Positions 25,601-39,524 of a stretch of DNA of 64,000 bases are shown one piece after another. How positions within the stretch are numbered: position 1 is the stretch's first letter; the number at the start of each line of letters is the position of its first letter. A program made the position numbers and the translations under genes. This stretch comes from Felis catus (Eukaryota). The stretch is taken from the NCBI RefSeq assembly GCF_018350175.1, contig NC_058374.1:81778001-81842000 (forward strand). The letters run 5' to 3'. The notes under the pieces are model-generated. The model saw only the letters and a list, made by a program, of their open reading frames with translations, did not search any database and was not told the origin of the DNA.

Positions 25601-26449
25601 ATAAATTCAACACATCTCAGCATCTATATATTGTTCTATGTGTTAGCTAGTTGTTTGTTCATCCTTTCTCACTACTTTCTTTTGTCCCACTTTCAAATTT
25701 TCTCATCTTTCAATCCTGCATATTATCTGCATTTCTGGAATTAATGCATGCATGTTTTATGCCCACATTTTTAACTGAAGAAAATAAAGATAAGTCATCA
25801 AATGTGAAATTATATTACATATGTGTACATATATGTGTACATTACATATATGATATTCAAATATCGTATTCTTCTAGTAATGAAAACAGCATCTCTCATT
25901 GAAGAAAATGTGAAAATAAACAAGTTAAAAATATTCGATGCTGGATTCCCAGATATTTATTTTACTAGTTCAAAAATATTTTCACAACAAAAAGATGTCA
26001 TATGCACAAATATAAACCAGAATTTAATGTAAGTAAATAACATAATGGAAGAAAGTAGTCAAAAGGTAATAAAAGCCACATTAGCAGGAGCTATGGGAAG
26101 GGTTTCCCTAAATTCAAAGGCCCAATACAGGGATAAACCTTCTCATGTCTTTAATTGGTTGTCCATTTCAGAAGGCAATCAACTCACACTAGAAATCAAC
26201 AGCAGTGTTTTCTACCATTTCATTCTGCTAAAGAATTCTTCTCGGGGTTGCCAGAATTCAAAGGATTTACGGGCACCAATTCTACTGAGGAAAAGTCCAA
26301 AGTTTCTGGAAGAAAAATGTGACTTCCTTGTATAATCAGAAGGGTGAAATTCCAAGTCAAGCTCCCACACATTCATTCTAATGTTGTTTGTACATTTGCC
26401 TATAAGTTTGCTTTTTATATTTTTTAATCAATATTTATAAAAATGATTC

Positions 26450-26515
26450 ACCCCTATCTTTAATGATTCTTCTCCTTGGCACTCAGTTTACTTAATCAAT
26501 TCCCCTGGGCCAACA
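26450..26515 (+). promoter_or_regulatory. Candidate promoter of OR 28540
   Basis: TTTAATGA at about 26459 and TAATCAA-TTCCCCTGGG at about 26493-26508; donor-like gtaagt at about 26792 and 27116. Confidence 0.4.
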
Positions 26516-27544
26516 AAAAGGCACATAAAATAAGTCCAGTTCCATGTGTATGGCATGCATAGAGAAGAACATTCCTTATTTTCTGTTCTTCAAAACAGCA
26601 TTTGCAGGAAAATATAGCAGTCCCTGAACCTAAGGAAAATACTACTTAGGTTTTATAGATGCATAATCATAGAATTACAAACTATTGATTTTAAATGTTT
26701 ACACGAATAGAAAGAAAATGATTTAATAAATCATGTTTTGTACTATATGAAAAGAGGCAAATGGAAGAGTACTTTACTAGTCAACCCAGGAGTAAGTGAA
26801 TTAGTACATGGAGCTTGATAAGAGATGAAAAGCCAGAATGAGTTGTATTATGTTTTCAGAAATTCATAGCATCAGTAATGAAGGATATTGTGAGTCACAT
26901 ATAACTAATCTAGCAACAAAGAGAATTATGATCCTTAAAACCATGACAAAGCTAAATCAGTATACTTGTTTGTTTTAAAAATCAATATGCTTGTTTTGAG
27001 AGCACAATAGAAACTAAATCTTTTGCTAATTCAATTTAGCAGCTCTGAAATTACGCAAATGTTTAAGCAAATCAGATGATAAAATCTGAGATTAAATCAT
27101 CAAGAAGACCAAGAAGTAAGTCAATTTTTTCTTCTTCAATATATATACCTTCATTTTATTCAAATGTCTTTAAAAATATTATTTGTATATAAGTTTGTGG
27201 ATTCACAAATCTTTCAATATTACAAATTAAATAATTGTTTACTACCAAGAGACTATTAATAAAATGCTAAAGAAGGAACACACAAATCAATCCTGGATTG
27301 TTCTTTCTTTCTAACTTGAAATCGTGGTCTGTTATAAAAATACAATTTTTTTTATTCCCTATTGGATCTTTCATACTTTCCCTTTTAAGAGTTACCATTT
27401 CTTAGAATAAAAAAAATGTTTTCCTAGTTTAATATTTCTAATTGCTTATTTTTTATGTTAAATTCAAGTGTAAATATACTTATTACATTTAATTTTAAAG
27501 GTAGATCTATATTATAATCATTTTTGTTACATAAACTATGTTGG

Positions 27545-27700
27545 GTGGGGGATGGGCTTTAAGGAGACCACTTGCTGGGATGAGCAGTGGATGTTATATG
27601 TAAGTAATGAATAATTAAATTCTACTCCTGAAATCATTATTACACTATATGTTAAGTAACTGGAATTTCATTAAAAATTTAAAAATTAAAAAAAAAAAAA
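27545..27700 (+). mobile_element. Carnivore L1 3' end
   Basis: ggatgagcagtggatgttatatgtaagt...tacactatatg followed by poly(A). Confidence 0.88.
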
Positions 27701-28539
27701 TTCCCAATTGGAAAGGTTATCTGTTTCCCAGTAAATGCTATATTGATCACCTACTTGTTCATTTTCCATGACAATACTGTAAAAAACCAAAAAAAAAGAA
27801 TTCTACATTGTATAAATTAAACTATTTCTAGCCTATAATTATTTTAGTAATAGAAGAAGACTGCCTTCTTGTCCTTCTGGACTTTTATCGGAAAAGGATT
27901 TAAAAAGATAAGAAAAGGGTAGCATCAACCAAACCTTTAAGAAAGTAATTAACAAGAGAATTGGAACAAAACATTCCCATGGATAAACTTGTGAGATGAT
28001 CACTATGGTGACAAGTTGTTTAACCTTGTGAGAGTTCCCTCAACTATGTGGGCTTCAAATTAGAAAATGTGGAGATAGCCTAAATGACCCCTGTAAGATT
28101 TCAAACTCTATATTTAGATTATCCATAATCCAGACGAGTTTTATAGTACTGAGGAAAAGAAAAGATCAATCAGAATATTTTCATGGTTTTATAAGAAAGA
28201 GAATGATTAGCAGCTTAATCTTAAAGAAACATTAGAAGAAATAGCTTCTGCTTAAATGCTAGCAAAAGACATTTTTTTTAATCCATGGCCTGTGATTGTG
28301 TATACTCAACAATAAAAGATCAATCTTTAACTTCAGATCATGTTATTACTTGAATGTAAGGTCCAGTAGAAATTGGACAGAGTTGCTGAAGGGGAACATG
28401 TGTTTTTGGCTTTCATAGATTATTCACCATCATGGACATTTTAAGATTTTATATTCTATCCTCAATCTTCTTTTAACTCTTTTATTTTCTATAGGGGAAC
28501 ATACAGTCTCTGTTCGAAAGTGGGGAAAAATGCTCAGAG

Positions 28540-29478
28540 ATGAAAAATCACACAGTACCCAAAGAATTCATTCTTCTAGGGCTATCTGATGACCCAGAGC
28601 TCCAGACTGTGATTTTTCTCTTTTTAATTATCACATATATATTAAGTGTCACTGGAAATCTGACCATCATCACTCTCACCTTGGTGGATTCCCATCTACA
28701 GACCCCTATGTATTTCTTCCTCAGGAACTTCTCTGTATTAGAAATATCCTTTACAACTGTCTGTATTCCTAGGTTTCTGGGCACAATTATCACCAGAGAC
28801 AAATCTATTTCATACAATAATTGTACAGCTCAGTTGTTTTTCTTCATCTTCATGGGTATAACTGAGTTTTATCTTCTCACTGCCATGTCCTATGATCGCT
28901 ATGTAGCCATCTGTAAACCCCTACATTATGCAACCATCATGAACAAAAGAGTCTGCATTTTACTTGTCTTTTGTGCTTGGCTGGCAGGATTCTTAAATAT
29001 CTTCCCACCAGTTATTCTTTTTCTCCAGTTAGATTACTGTGGCTCCAATGTCATCGATCACTTTGCTTGTGACTATTTTCCCCTCTTGCAGTTATCTTGC
29101 TCAGACACATGGCTCCTAGAAGTGATTGGCTTTTACTCTGCAATAGTCATACTGCTTTTCACTTTGGCATTAATAATTCTATCCTACATGTTCATCATGA
29201 GAACAATTCTGAAACTGCCTTCCGCCAGTCAGAGAAAAAAGGCATTTTCTACGTGTTCCTCTCACATGATTGTCATTTCCATCTCTTATGGAAGCTGCAT
29301 ATTCATGTATGCCAACCCTTCTGCAAAACAGAAGGCATCATTGACCAAAGGAGTAGCTATTCTGAATACCTCTGTGGCTCCTATGATGAATCCATTTATA
29401 TATACCCTGAGGAACCAGCAAGTAAAGCAAGCCTTTAAGGATACTGTCCAAAAGGTTTTGTTTTTCTCCAGTAATTGA
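28540..29478 (+). CDS. Olfactory receptor OR6C, OR6C3/OR6C7-like, intact, 312 aa
   Basis: All OR motifs intact; closest paralogue in the window is 11379-12314; acceptor ttttctatag ending at 28494. Confidence 0.97.
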   Translation: MKNHTVPKEFILLGLSDDPELQTVIFLFLIITYILSVTGNLTIITLTLVDSHLQTPMYFFLRNFSVLEISFTTVCIPRFLGTIITRDKSISYNNCTAQLFFFIFMGITEFYLLTAMSYDRYVAICKPLHYATIMNKRVCILLVFCAWLAGFLNIFPPVILFLQLDYCGSNVIDHFACDYFPLLQLSCSDTWLLEVIGFYSAIVILLFTLALIILSYMFIMRTILKLPSASQRKKAFSTCSSHMIVISISYGSCIFMYANPSAKQKASLTKGVAILNTSVAPMMNPFIYTLRNQQVKQAFKDTVQKVLFFSSN

Positions 29479-32400
29479 AGGCATTAGTAGCATTACAAGA
29501 ATGAAGTGCTTGGAAATGCTTTCTACTATTCACACTTTCTCAAAACTCCCTTTCCTTTACTCGAGTTATGTGTTTTCCCCTTTTTGTCCATCCCCCTATT
29601 ACAATTTCCCAATCATGGAACTCAATAAATTTGATAATGTGAATATCGTGTCAGAATTTTCTGTACATTCAAAAGTTTTATTCAAATGTATTTGAATGAA
29701 GTAATAAAATTGGGTTGATGATTATGATTTTGAATGGGAGTGGTTTGATTTTGAAGAGACATGGGCTTTAGTTTGATGGTAAGTGTGTAAGAGTACATGC
29801 AGATTTCTGAACTTTTCATTCTTACTAATAGAAATGAATGTCATTAGAAAATTTTGATTCTATTTGTCACTTCCATGAAATCAAATGAACACAACCATTA
29901 GGGATTGGAAATAATATATAAATATCTACTTAAATATTTTAAAAATTAGAAACTCATACATATTAAAAAATCTTTATAATATTAATCATAGTGCTAATGA
30001 GGAGAAGAAGAAAGAGAGACGGGGTAGAAGATAATATAAGATTTTTCAGCAATTCCTACACTCAAAATCTATTGTTTTCTTTGTATTAACTCATTTAATC
30101 CTGACAACAACCTTATGATGTACTTTCAATTACTATTCTCTTTTAGTTAGAGGTATTTTTCTTTTTGTAGATCAAATATGCCCCAAAATTAAAAACTGGG
30201 TAGAGAACAGGCAACGTAAAACATAGCAAATGTATAAAATGTATGAAACTATGATAAACTGGTAAAAGTTCATCTTTCTGGAGATCTGAGTTTTAATTGT
30301 CGCATCTAGAATCGACCTCAGGGTTTTTGGAAGTACGGAACAGAAATAACATCTGTTGACAATATTCTACACACTTTTCTTTGTATTAAGCAAATCACAT
30401 GAAGTATTTATTTTACAAAAACTCTTTGAAAATGAACATTATTATTCCTAATTTATAGGTGAACAAACACAATGAAATTGAGGTTGAGACTTCAATGTTA
30501 CAGAGATTGCAGCTTTCAGAACTGGGATGTAAATCACTTTTCTTTCATCTCAAAATCCAGACCACTGGGTTACTTTCATTTCACATTGAATTTCACATGT
30601 AATAATTTATGAACAAAAGTTCATAGTCAATATTAGAATTGTTAAATTAAAGGACTTTTTAATGTGTGGTGAACTCCAGGTTTTTCTTACTTATGACAGG
30701 CACTGGGGATATAATAATGAAAAAGAATGATTATTGCCCTAAATTATCTCAAATTCTAGTGGGGGAGAAAAACAACATATAATTAAAATTTAATTTGATA
30801 AATGCAGCAGCTTAGGCCTAAAAAACCTATAGGCCAGGTGATGTTATCATCATCAAAGAAAATGGCAGTTTTCCTGCCTTTTCTCTTAGCACAATTACAG
30901 TCAACTTCACAATAATTGCTAAATGTTGGTTCTTTTTAACCCTAAAGTCACATGCATAAGATAAAACTCGCCTGCTTTGGCTGTCATCTTAGCTTCCCTT
31001 TTATTTTCTTTCTTGGTCATTAGCATACATGTTATACACAAAGTCACATTATTTCCTGAGTAAAAAAGGGTTTTGAGAAATAGGATTATGATATTCTCCA
31101 AGACACTCTCCAGCAAGGCTCCCTCTACCCTCAAACTGCATTGTGAATCATACATTAATCTTATACAAAGTTTAACCCATTACCATTCCATTTCTATTCC
31201 TCTCTTGGATCTATTTGAAAGAATTTATATCAATGACCACAGTCTAGATTTCTAGGACTATTTCAGGCATTTACATCTAGTGAACACTGAGGTGTATTTG
31301 TCAAATTAAACCCATGCAAACAAAACAGACAGAAAGAAAAACCAGTAACAATACTTAATACCTATACGTGGATAGTAACAGCTTCCTATAAGCAGAATAA
31401 GAATCTCACAAATATAATTTCTTCCTAATTCTTGTATCATTGAAAATTCGTTTAGATGTTATTTCTAAAAATACTTTTAAAATGTTGCAAGCATGGGCTA
31501 GCCATTTGGTTAATAAGATATACCATCTCCATCTTATAAAATTTCAGGCAATGGATTTAAAGGTGGACATTTAGATATAGAATGAATCTTTATAAAAACA
31601 TATACCAAGGGCTATATCAATATAAAATATGGGATTGCTCACAATATTTGCAGTAATGAAGTAAGAATGCCAATTCGATGTAAGAAATATAATCAAATGG
31701 ATATTCTGGACAAGGAGAATAATGATTGCAAAAAACACAATTGTAAAAGTGAGAGAAGTGAATGTGAACCATATGGAAATAAACGGAAGGTAACAAGTAG
31801 CCACTACTTCTTTTTTATGTTTTCCTTGAAAAGCTAATTTTATTGATTCAATTTATTATACACAGGTAAAATAATGCTATAAAACCAATAATCACTTTCC
31901 TCATGTGAGTATTGTATGTTTTAAATGATATTAAACATTTTATCTACCCCTATGAGTGTTAACAATCCCCTCAAGTGGGTATGTTTCTCTTCTCCTTTCA
32001 AAGAATGAGACATAGAAATTCACAGGAAACAAATAATGTATATATGGCCAATATATATTAGAACCATGATTCAAATCTAGCTATGTCCCCAAATAAGCCA
32101 TTGTGCCAATTCCTGTGGGAAGGGAGAAATCTTGCAATATAAACATATACAAAGAAACAGACTTTCAGAATAGGATGGCATTCTTTCACGAAAGTACTTT
32201 CTTTCACAAGAGTACTAAATAAGTCCACCAAAATGCCACATTTGGCTTATGGGGATTTCTCTCAAAATAACATCTCTCAGAAAATTAAAAATTCAGAAGA
32301 CAAGCACTCCTTTGAAATTAAAATTAAATCCCTAAACCTAAAACCAGAAAAATAGCCAAAGAAACTCAGAATCCCAAACTTTTCCATTGGTAGTCTCAGA

Positions 32401-33919
32401 TACAACATATACCTGTATGATAATATAGACACTCAATTGGCAAGACTCTCTGTTATTTTTGGATTGAACACTGAGTTATCCACAACAACAACTGCAGCCA
32501 TCACCATAGAATATGCAATTGATAATTCATTATCTCACTCATAGATATTACTTAGTCATTCTCCATCATTCTGATTTGAGTCAGAGTAAACCTCTGTATT
32601 CTTAAATAATCAGAACATTTTGGTGTTCATCATGCCCTACATCACCCTCTGATGGTAAATCTCCAGTGCTAAAGTTCTCAAGCTCACTTGCCTTTTTGGC
32701 TCCATCTATAAAACTGGACGTGGATTGTTATAATTTACAGTCATATAGGATTACATGATCCGCGTGGTACAGTATACTTATCAATATAATTAGAAGTTTT
32801 CGCAATATGCTTGAATTTCAGTTTTCATGACTATATTAATAGACCATGAGCATTTTTCTAGCAAAGGGAATACTATGTCCATTATTGCCTACCAAAGGGT
32901 TTATTGTAGTGTAGTCATTTACTCAAATATTTGTTAATCAACAAATGGATGAAAGTGTCAAAATGCCTACTTCCTATCTAAATGATTGGTATCTCCTGCC
33001 TTGAAATTATCATTCCTCTGCTGATATCTTGTTTGAATAAGTTTCTGTATCTGGGTTTTCTAGGACTCCTTGTGTTTAGAACCAAAGACAGAAATTGCTA
33101 TACCCCTTCAAACAATACCAACACCTCTTAAACTCCTTACTCAATAGATAGGACCTCTCTTTTATTCATAGGTCTACCTCCCAGGATCTCCACTGTAGAC
33201 ATATTTAGGGCAAAATCCTATCTTTTAATCATTAAGGTACCATATGGAACCCCATGATTAGACTATCATGGTTATCACAATTTTAATGTTTTCTTAACTT
33301 GAGATGTTTTCATATAGACAATAGTGAAACATCACAATGGTGCTCAATAATATTTTTTACTTAGCATATATAAGTGGCTTCCTTGAGACAGATTTCTTCA
33401 AGTCTCAGCAGCTCATCTACTCTATCATTCACTCGATATAATCCCCAGAAACACAATTCCATTTGTGAGACTTTGGAAGAATTAGCGCAACTCTCAATGA
33501 GTCAGCTTCAGCTTCCTAACATAAAAATTAAGGAGAATAATACGATTTCCTCTGGTGGTAGTTGTAAATATTTATTTAGACAAGGCTTATAAATGGCTTA
33601 CAAACATGCCTGGTACCTTCCAAGCACCTGATAAATTAAAACTAATACTATTATTTTACACAATGTCAGTTTTAACCACATGGTATTTACTCAAAAATAA
33701 TTCAGCTTTATGTATCACAACAGTGTCTGCAGGAAAACTGTCCTTCTACAGTACATTATATGCTACTCCCACATCTGTAAATTGAGGATTACAATAACGC
33801 TTACTTGATTTATTGATGTGAATAATTTAAATTTATCTTTCGTCTATCACTACTCTAAAAACATTATGAACTTAAACATTTTGCATCTTCCAAATTCCAT
33901 CAAATATGTCTATCTATAT

Positions 33920-34280
33920 GCAAGGACTGCAAAGACTACATTTTAAGTTGTCCTTGAAGCTAGGATTCTAAATGTAATTTTAGTTCTGCCAATGAGATAC
34001 ATTTGTAAAAGGTACAAACTCTAAACTTAGTAACAGTTAAATATCTGTATTGCTAGTATAGATCATAGTAGATTCAGATGACTCTACATTTTGTAGCAAT
34101 AGTACTACATTCCTGAGGAGCAGCTCTCATGGGCTCAGTTTTGTGAGGCAGCTTTGAGATCATTCCAGAAAGCTCATCCTAAAATCTGCCTTCAGCTGTC
34201 TTGATAATTCCTTAAGCCATACATTATACAAATAGTTTTACAGTTAGCAATTTTATATCCATGCAATTTTAACCACCCAT
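33920..34280. mobile_element. LTR33-like ERVL LTR relic
   Basis: actacatttt...gctaggattc...gttctgccaatgagatac resembles the recalled consensus. Confidence 0.4.
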
Positions 34281-35039
34281 AGAACAGTAAACAACCCATA
34301 GCATGTGAGTTCACCAAATGAAAGCGACAAATAATCACCCAGGATGTCAGTGGAAATCAAGAGGGACATACACTGACAAATAAATCTATTTTATAAAGAA
34401 TGAAGTCTGAAGAACCGACATTGGAGGGATCATGAACTTACATTCGTTTTACATAAAGTTGTTCCTCCTTATTCAGACTCCTTATTTGTACATTTTCCTA
34501 CTCTCTAGCATGTATTTGCAACCCCAAAATCAATCTACGGGACACTTTTTGAGCCAGTCCAGGACATGTGCAGAGCAGTAAAAAGTTTGAGTTACCCATT
34601 ACACCTGTTCCCAGCAGAGGTTAAACAAGGTGATGCTCTGCCTTCTTGTTTCAGCTCTCATACCTTAAACAAAGTCTTTGTCAAGGCCTACATAATGCCA
34701 CATTTTTCACTTTTTTTTGTTTTAATTATTTCACTGCTTTTAATGAACCCAGAGCACAGTGCTATAGCACTAAGTGTCTTGAGAGCAAGAACTGTGATGT
34801 GACTTACAGAGAAAATACCTATCTATTGGGTAAGTTTGGGCCAGGCATGAGTTCTAGGACTGTTGGCTTAATGCTAATAGATCAACAACATAGTACATTC
34901 AGAAAAAGGAAGAGGAAATTTTGTCACTCTGTACGTGAGGCTTCTATTGAAAATGCTAAAGTAGCATCTTTACTGTGTCATGAAGCCATAGAGAAGATGA
35001 AAAGCAGACAAATTTGTAGACGCATGAAAACAGATTTTA

Positions 35040-35223
35040 TACTTTTTTTTTTAATCCAAATTAGTAACATATAGTGTGATAATTGTTTCAAGAGTAGAAT
35101 TTGGTGATTCATCACTTACATAGAACACGCAGTGCTCATCACAACAAGTGCCTTCCTTAATGCCCATCACAAATTTAGCACATTCCCCCACCCAACACCT
35201 CCAGCAATTCTCAGCTTGTTCTC
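35040..35223 (-). mobile_element. Carnivore L1 3' end inserted in Tigger
   Basis: TSD tgaaaacagatttta. Confidence 0.9.
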
Positions 35224-35539
35224 TGAAAACAGATTTTAAAAAAGGGCGGGGGGGGGGGGCATAATGACAACACTGTAACTCTGAAAGCCGAAGAAATTTA
35301 TGGTCATGTTTTCTCATTATTAGGAAATGTTAAACTCTACAGAGCTAGTGCTGTTGACTAACATTTTTCAAAAGGTGACAAGGTGTAAGAAATGTTAAAT
35401 TTGCAGGTTAGGCAAGCTCTGAAGATCAAGAGGCTGTGGAAGAATTTTTAAATATCTCTAAGATATCATACAGGAAAATGATTATGTAGAGCAGGGTTTC
35501 AGTGCTAATTAGACTGGTCTGTTCTAAAAGGACACTGGA

Positions 35540-35781
35540 GGGGCGCCTGGGTGGCCCAGTCGGTTAAGCGTCCGACTTCAGCCAGGTCACGATCTCGCGG
35601 TCCGTGAGTTCGAGCCCCACCCCCGTCGGGCTCTGGGCTGACGGCTCAGAGCCTGGAGCCTGTTTCCGGTTCTGTGTCTCCCTCTCTCTCTGCCCCTCCC
35701 ACGTTCATGCTCTGTCTCTCTCTGTCCCAAAAAAATAAATAAACGTTGAAAAAAAAATTTTTAAATAAAAAAATAAAAAAA
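35540..35781 (+). mobile_element. Young felid SINE inserted in Tigger
   Basis: TSD taaaaggacactgga. Confidence 0.95.
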
Positions 35782-36012
35782 TAAAAGGACACTGGAAAAC
35801 TAAGCCACATAGCACAAATTGTATATAACCTATATAATAACAAGTGGTTTGAGTTGGTGAAAATGATGTGACAGAGGCTTGAAGGAATGTACCTTTCTAT
35901 TCCCCCTAGGAACAAAAACTCAATATTGCTAATTCAGTGTGGAAAGCTTATGGAGCATAACTACCTGGAATAAGGAGAATCAATACTCTCTACAAATGTA
36001 TTTGTATTGGTA

Positions 36013-36217
36013 GGGGGACCTGGGGGGCTGGGTCGGTTGGGCGTCTGACTTCAGCTCAGGTCATGATCTCATGGTTGGTGAGTTTGAGCCCTGTGTCGGG
36101 CTCTGTGTTGACAACTCAGATCCTAGAGTCTGCTTCAGATGCTGTGTCTCCCTCTCTCTCTGAGCCTCCCCTGCTCATACTTTGTCTCTCTCAAAAATAA
36201 AATAAACATTAAAAAAA
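36013..36217 (+). mobile_element. CanSINE
   Basis: Head-to-tail structure. Confidence 0.9.
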
Positions 36218-36494
36218 TGTACATGTGTATATACAGGTATATTGATACATAAATGCATGCTGATGCTTTGTATACATGGATTAGTGTGCACAGAAAGATT
36301 TCTCATCACTGTCCACTGACAGACCCTAGGAAAACCTCAAAACTCAAAAAAAAAAAATTTTTTTAAGATGGAGTCAGGTTGAAAGGATTCAAGAGCCATT
36401 GAAAGATCCAAAGGCCAAAGATAGAGAATTTAAAAAATAAAGAATCTAGTATTATATTATAATCCAAAGGATACAATTTATATTCATTAGTGTT

Positions 36495-36720
36495 GGGGCG
36501 CCTGGGTGGCGCCTGGGTGGCACCTGGGTTGGTTAAGCAGCTGACTCTTGATTTTGGCTCAGGTCATGATTTCATGGTGGGTTTGTGAGTTCAAGACCCA
36601 TATCAGGCTCTGTGCTCACAGCGCAGAGCCTACTTCAGATCCTCTGTCTCCATCTCTCTGCTTCTCCTCCATATACTCGCTCGCTCTCTCTCAAAAATAA
36701 ATAAGTGTTTGAAACTTTTT
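36495..36720 (+). mobile_element. CanSINE with triplicated 5' unit
   Basis: (ggcrcctgggt)x3 then SINE body. Confidence 0.9.
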
Positions 36721-36927
36721 AAAATAATCATTTGTACATACTATAAAGAAATGATTGTATAGTTAAATAAAAGTGGAAAAAAGTGAGTCCTTCTTACAGA
36801 ATAATGCCAATTAACAAATACAGGAAAAAAGTGACAAATACAAAATCACTACCTTAAAACTATAAGCAGAAAGAGTTTGGGGTCCCCTGAAAAAGATGAG
36901 ACATAGCTTTCTTGACATAAGAAAAGT

Positions 36928-37524
36928 TGTTTTAGGCCCCCTGCCATCTTGGGACCTATACCTGAGCAGCACTACTTGTCCAAAGCACATTTCTTGCAGA
37001 ACTTCCTAGGATATGTTGAAATTGCAGAAGAATAGACTTCAATAGTCAATAAAACAAGGTAAGACCAAATAGCCACTATAAGGTCAGGAGACAGCATAGT
37101 CATATGCGAAACAATAAATCAGTGGTAGAACTCCCAGGGCTGATTCAAAAGTAAAGATCGGCCTGATGCATTCTTGTTATCTTTGCAGGATTTAAATGCC
37201 TTTGAACAATTTAAGAGATCACACCAACCAAAGCCAGAGAAGTGACCCTTGACAGCCCTTGTGATTTCAATTAACTCAGTCACCTTGGAATTTTCTCCCA
37301 ATCCCATGCTGAATTTCCCATTTTGCAAGCCTCTGGATGAATATGTATTCACCCTTGGTTTAAAATTTCTCCAGTTTTGTTGATGAAGGACACACCGCTT
37401 TAGGAAATATCCCAGGTGTTCTCCTTTACTTGTTGCAAGTAAAACCCTTCCTTTCCTATTCTTTAACTTGCTCATTGTTTTTGGCTCAACATCCACCTAA
37501 AGGCAAACCCAGTTTCAAGTCACA
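36928..37524 (+). mobile_element. Probable solo ERV LTR
   Basis: TG...CA ends, about 600 bp, higher GC, agtaaa signal followed by a U5-like pyrimidine tract; TSD not clear. Confidence 0.55.
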
Positions 37525-38259
37525 AAACCATGTGATAATTCTGCAGCGAGATCATTGTAGAATGATAAAATTAGGAAAATATTGTTTAAGACATTTTTTT
37601 CTGATTGGGGGTAAGCCCTTAGATGTCTAAGAAGCATCGTGTTGCTTACAACAGAAGGTAAAATGAACTACTGAGCCACATGAGTAGAAAGGAGTTTATT
37701 AATATGCCATATATAAACTTGACTCATTTCTTCCATCTGTCTTTTTGCTTATTTATAATTTTGTATATATTCATTGTATTCATTTTTATTTCACAACTTT
37801 AAATGAAGGTGAATACTAGATATCCATATATTTAATATTTTTACTATGCATAGTGGATAGCCAACTGATGAAGTGTATCACTTTAATCACTGGTGGTGGG
37901 GGTGGGAGGGATGGTCTCAGGTGTGAATTTAAAAGTAAACTAAAGCTAAAATACAAACATATAGGTCTTATCATGAATAACTTATATTGCATGCCATTGA
38001 TTTAAGACAATCTTTAATCTTTGATGGATATGTCTTTAAAAGATAAAAGATTAAGTTTTTCTTCATTGATAAGGTTATGCTTAATGTAACAGCTTTATTA
38101 CTTATATTCTGTCAATCTTTATGCATCTCCCTATAATCTATTATTGAAAATATTGATATAAAAGCAAATTCTGCTAAAAAGTTTGACGCACATAAGTTGC
38201 TCTACTCCCTGGAAATACATTATTGCTTAAACTGTTATTAGAAGTATCTGTTTGGGTCC

Positions 38260-38900
38260 TGTACTGCTTTGCATAGTGCCCTTCAAAGGTCATGCCCATC
38301 TGAAACCTACAGATATGACCTTCTTTGGAAATAGGGTCTTTGCAGAAGTACTGAAGGGGAGCAGACTATGTCACCCCCTGATATGTCTCTTTGCTGGTTT
38401 TAAGAAATAACAGACAAAGGAAAAGCTCTGGGAAGATGAGAAGTCACCTTTTTGTAAGGTATTTGCATTATGTAAGAAAATTCCATTTGTAAGGGTATCT
38501 CCCTCTCTGTACCAAGAAGTGGAGGATAATCAAATCTCTAGAAACTCTTACCAAAGGAGAAGGCAGCAATGCAAATCTGTACAACAACCATACCCTCCTT
38601 CACTGTGTTTCCCTTGATAATTTCCTATAACTGGCTCCCTCCCCACTCCACAACATCTTCTTTTGGCTACAGGTGAGGATATTATTAAAGGTGGTGGCTT
38701 GAACCATTTGGGGGAATTACTCCGTTTTCCTGGATCTCTCCCATGTATACAGGAGGTACGCATGCTATTAAACTTCTATTTTTCTCCTGTTAATTTTTTT
38801 TTATTATGGGGGGGGGAGGGGAGGGCTCTCAGCCAAGAACCTAAAAGAGCAAAAGGAAAATCATCTTTCCTCCCATACATAATCAAGTTGAGGTCATATA
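38260..38900 (+). mobile_element. MLT1 (MaLR) LTR 5' fragment split by MER34
   Basis: tgaccttctttggaaatagggtctttgcaga|...|taatcaagttgaggtcata. Confidence 0.7.
38352..38879 (+). mobile_element. MER34A-like ERV1 solo LTR
   Basis: tgaaggggagcagactatgtcacccc...ccatttgtaagggtatctccctctctg...attaaa...cccataca. Confidence 0.8.
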
Positions 38901-39035
38901 CATTAAAGCAATTTCCATGTATCTTGATGTGACAACAGTTTCTATATAACATAAAATTTTAAATAATATGATGACCTACACATAAACGTCATGTAGATAC
39001 TATTCTGACAATGTTTATAATAAAACATGAGCACA

Positions 39036-39256
39036 GGGATGCCTGGCTGGCTCAGTCGGATAAACGCCCGACTTTGGGTCAGGGCATGATCTCACAGTCT
39101 GTGGGTTCAAGCCCTGTGTCAGGCTCTGTGTTGACAGCTCAGAACCTGGACCCTGCCTCAGATTCTGTGTCTCCCACTCTCTCTGACCCTCCCCTGCTCA
39201 CTCTCATTCATTCTCTCTCTCTCTCTCAAAAATAAATAAACATTAGAAAATTTTTT
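39036..39256 (+). mobile_element. CanSINE
   Basis: TSD aaaacatga(g/t)caca. Confidence 0.92.
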
Positions 39257-39524
39257 AAAAACATGATCACATGTATGGCATAGTATTCAAGTTCTTGACT
39301 TTTCTCATGAACAGACTAATATACTTTGAATTTAAAGTGCTTGCTTTAATAGTCTCTTTAGTGTGTACTCTTTATTACTTAGTCATATACCTTGAATAAT
39401 TTCATGTCTCTAAAAAAAAATCTTAAAATCTTTCTTCAGAAATTGTCTAACATTTTAAGATCATCAAGTAATCCAAATTTCCACTGATTTTAAACTATTT
39501 ATATGTCTTATGGAAATCCTCTTT

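Larger units (their letters stand above)
34457..35880 (+). mobile_element. Tigger (MER82/Tigger17-like) DNA transposon with decayed transposase
   Basis: MER82-like left end (aaccccaaaatcaat, tgttcccagcagagg, ctctgccttcttgtttcagctctcatac). Remnants IQKKEEEI, SVREAS.ENAKV, AIEKMK, KAEEIYGHV and FSAN*TGLF*KDTG. Confidence 0.8.

Noticed and set aside
12050-29430. Recent gene conversion between OR 11379 and OR 28540 (near-identical TM6-TM7 protein)
   Set aside because: The nucleotide sequences show many synonymous differences, which fits purifying selection.
29500-33900. Additional OR remnants in the long spacers
   Set aside because: No PMYFFL, MAYDRY, KAFSTC or PFIY remnants were recognised by eye on either strand; tBLASTn would be needed to exclude very decayed ones.
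34646-35074. 142-aa ORF as a possible domesticated transposase
   Set aside because: Starts at a non-ATG codon, is only partly in the transposase frame and runs into an L1 tail; the catalytic motif downstream has stops.
37119-37496. 125-aa minus-strand ORF
   Set aside because: Lies wholly within a probable solo LTR and has no recognisable domain.
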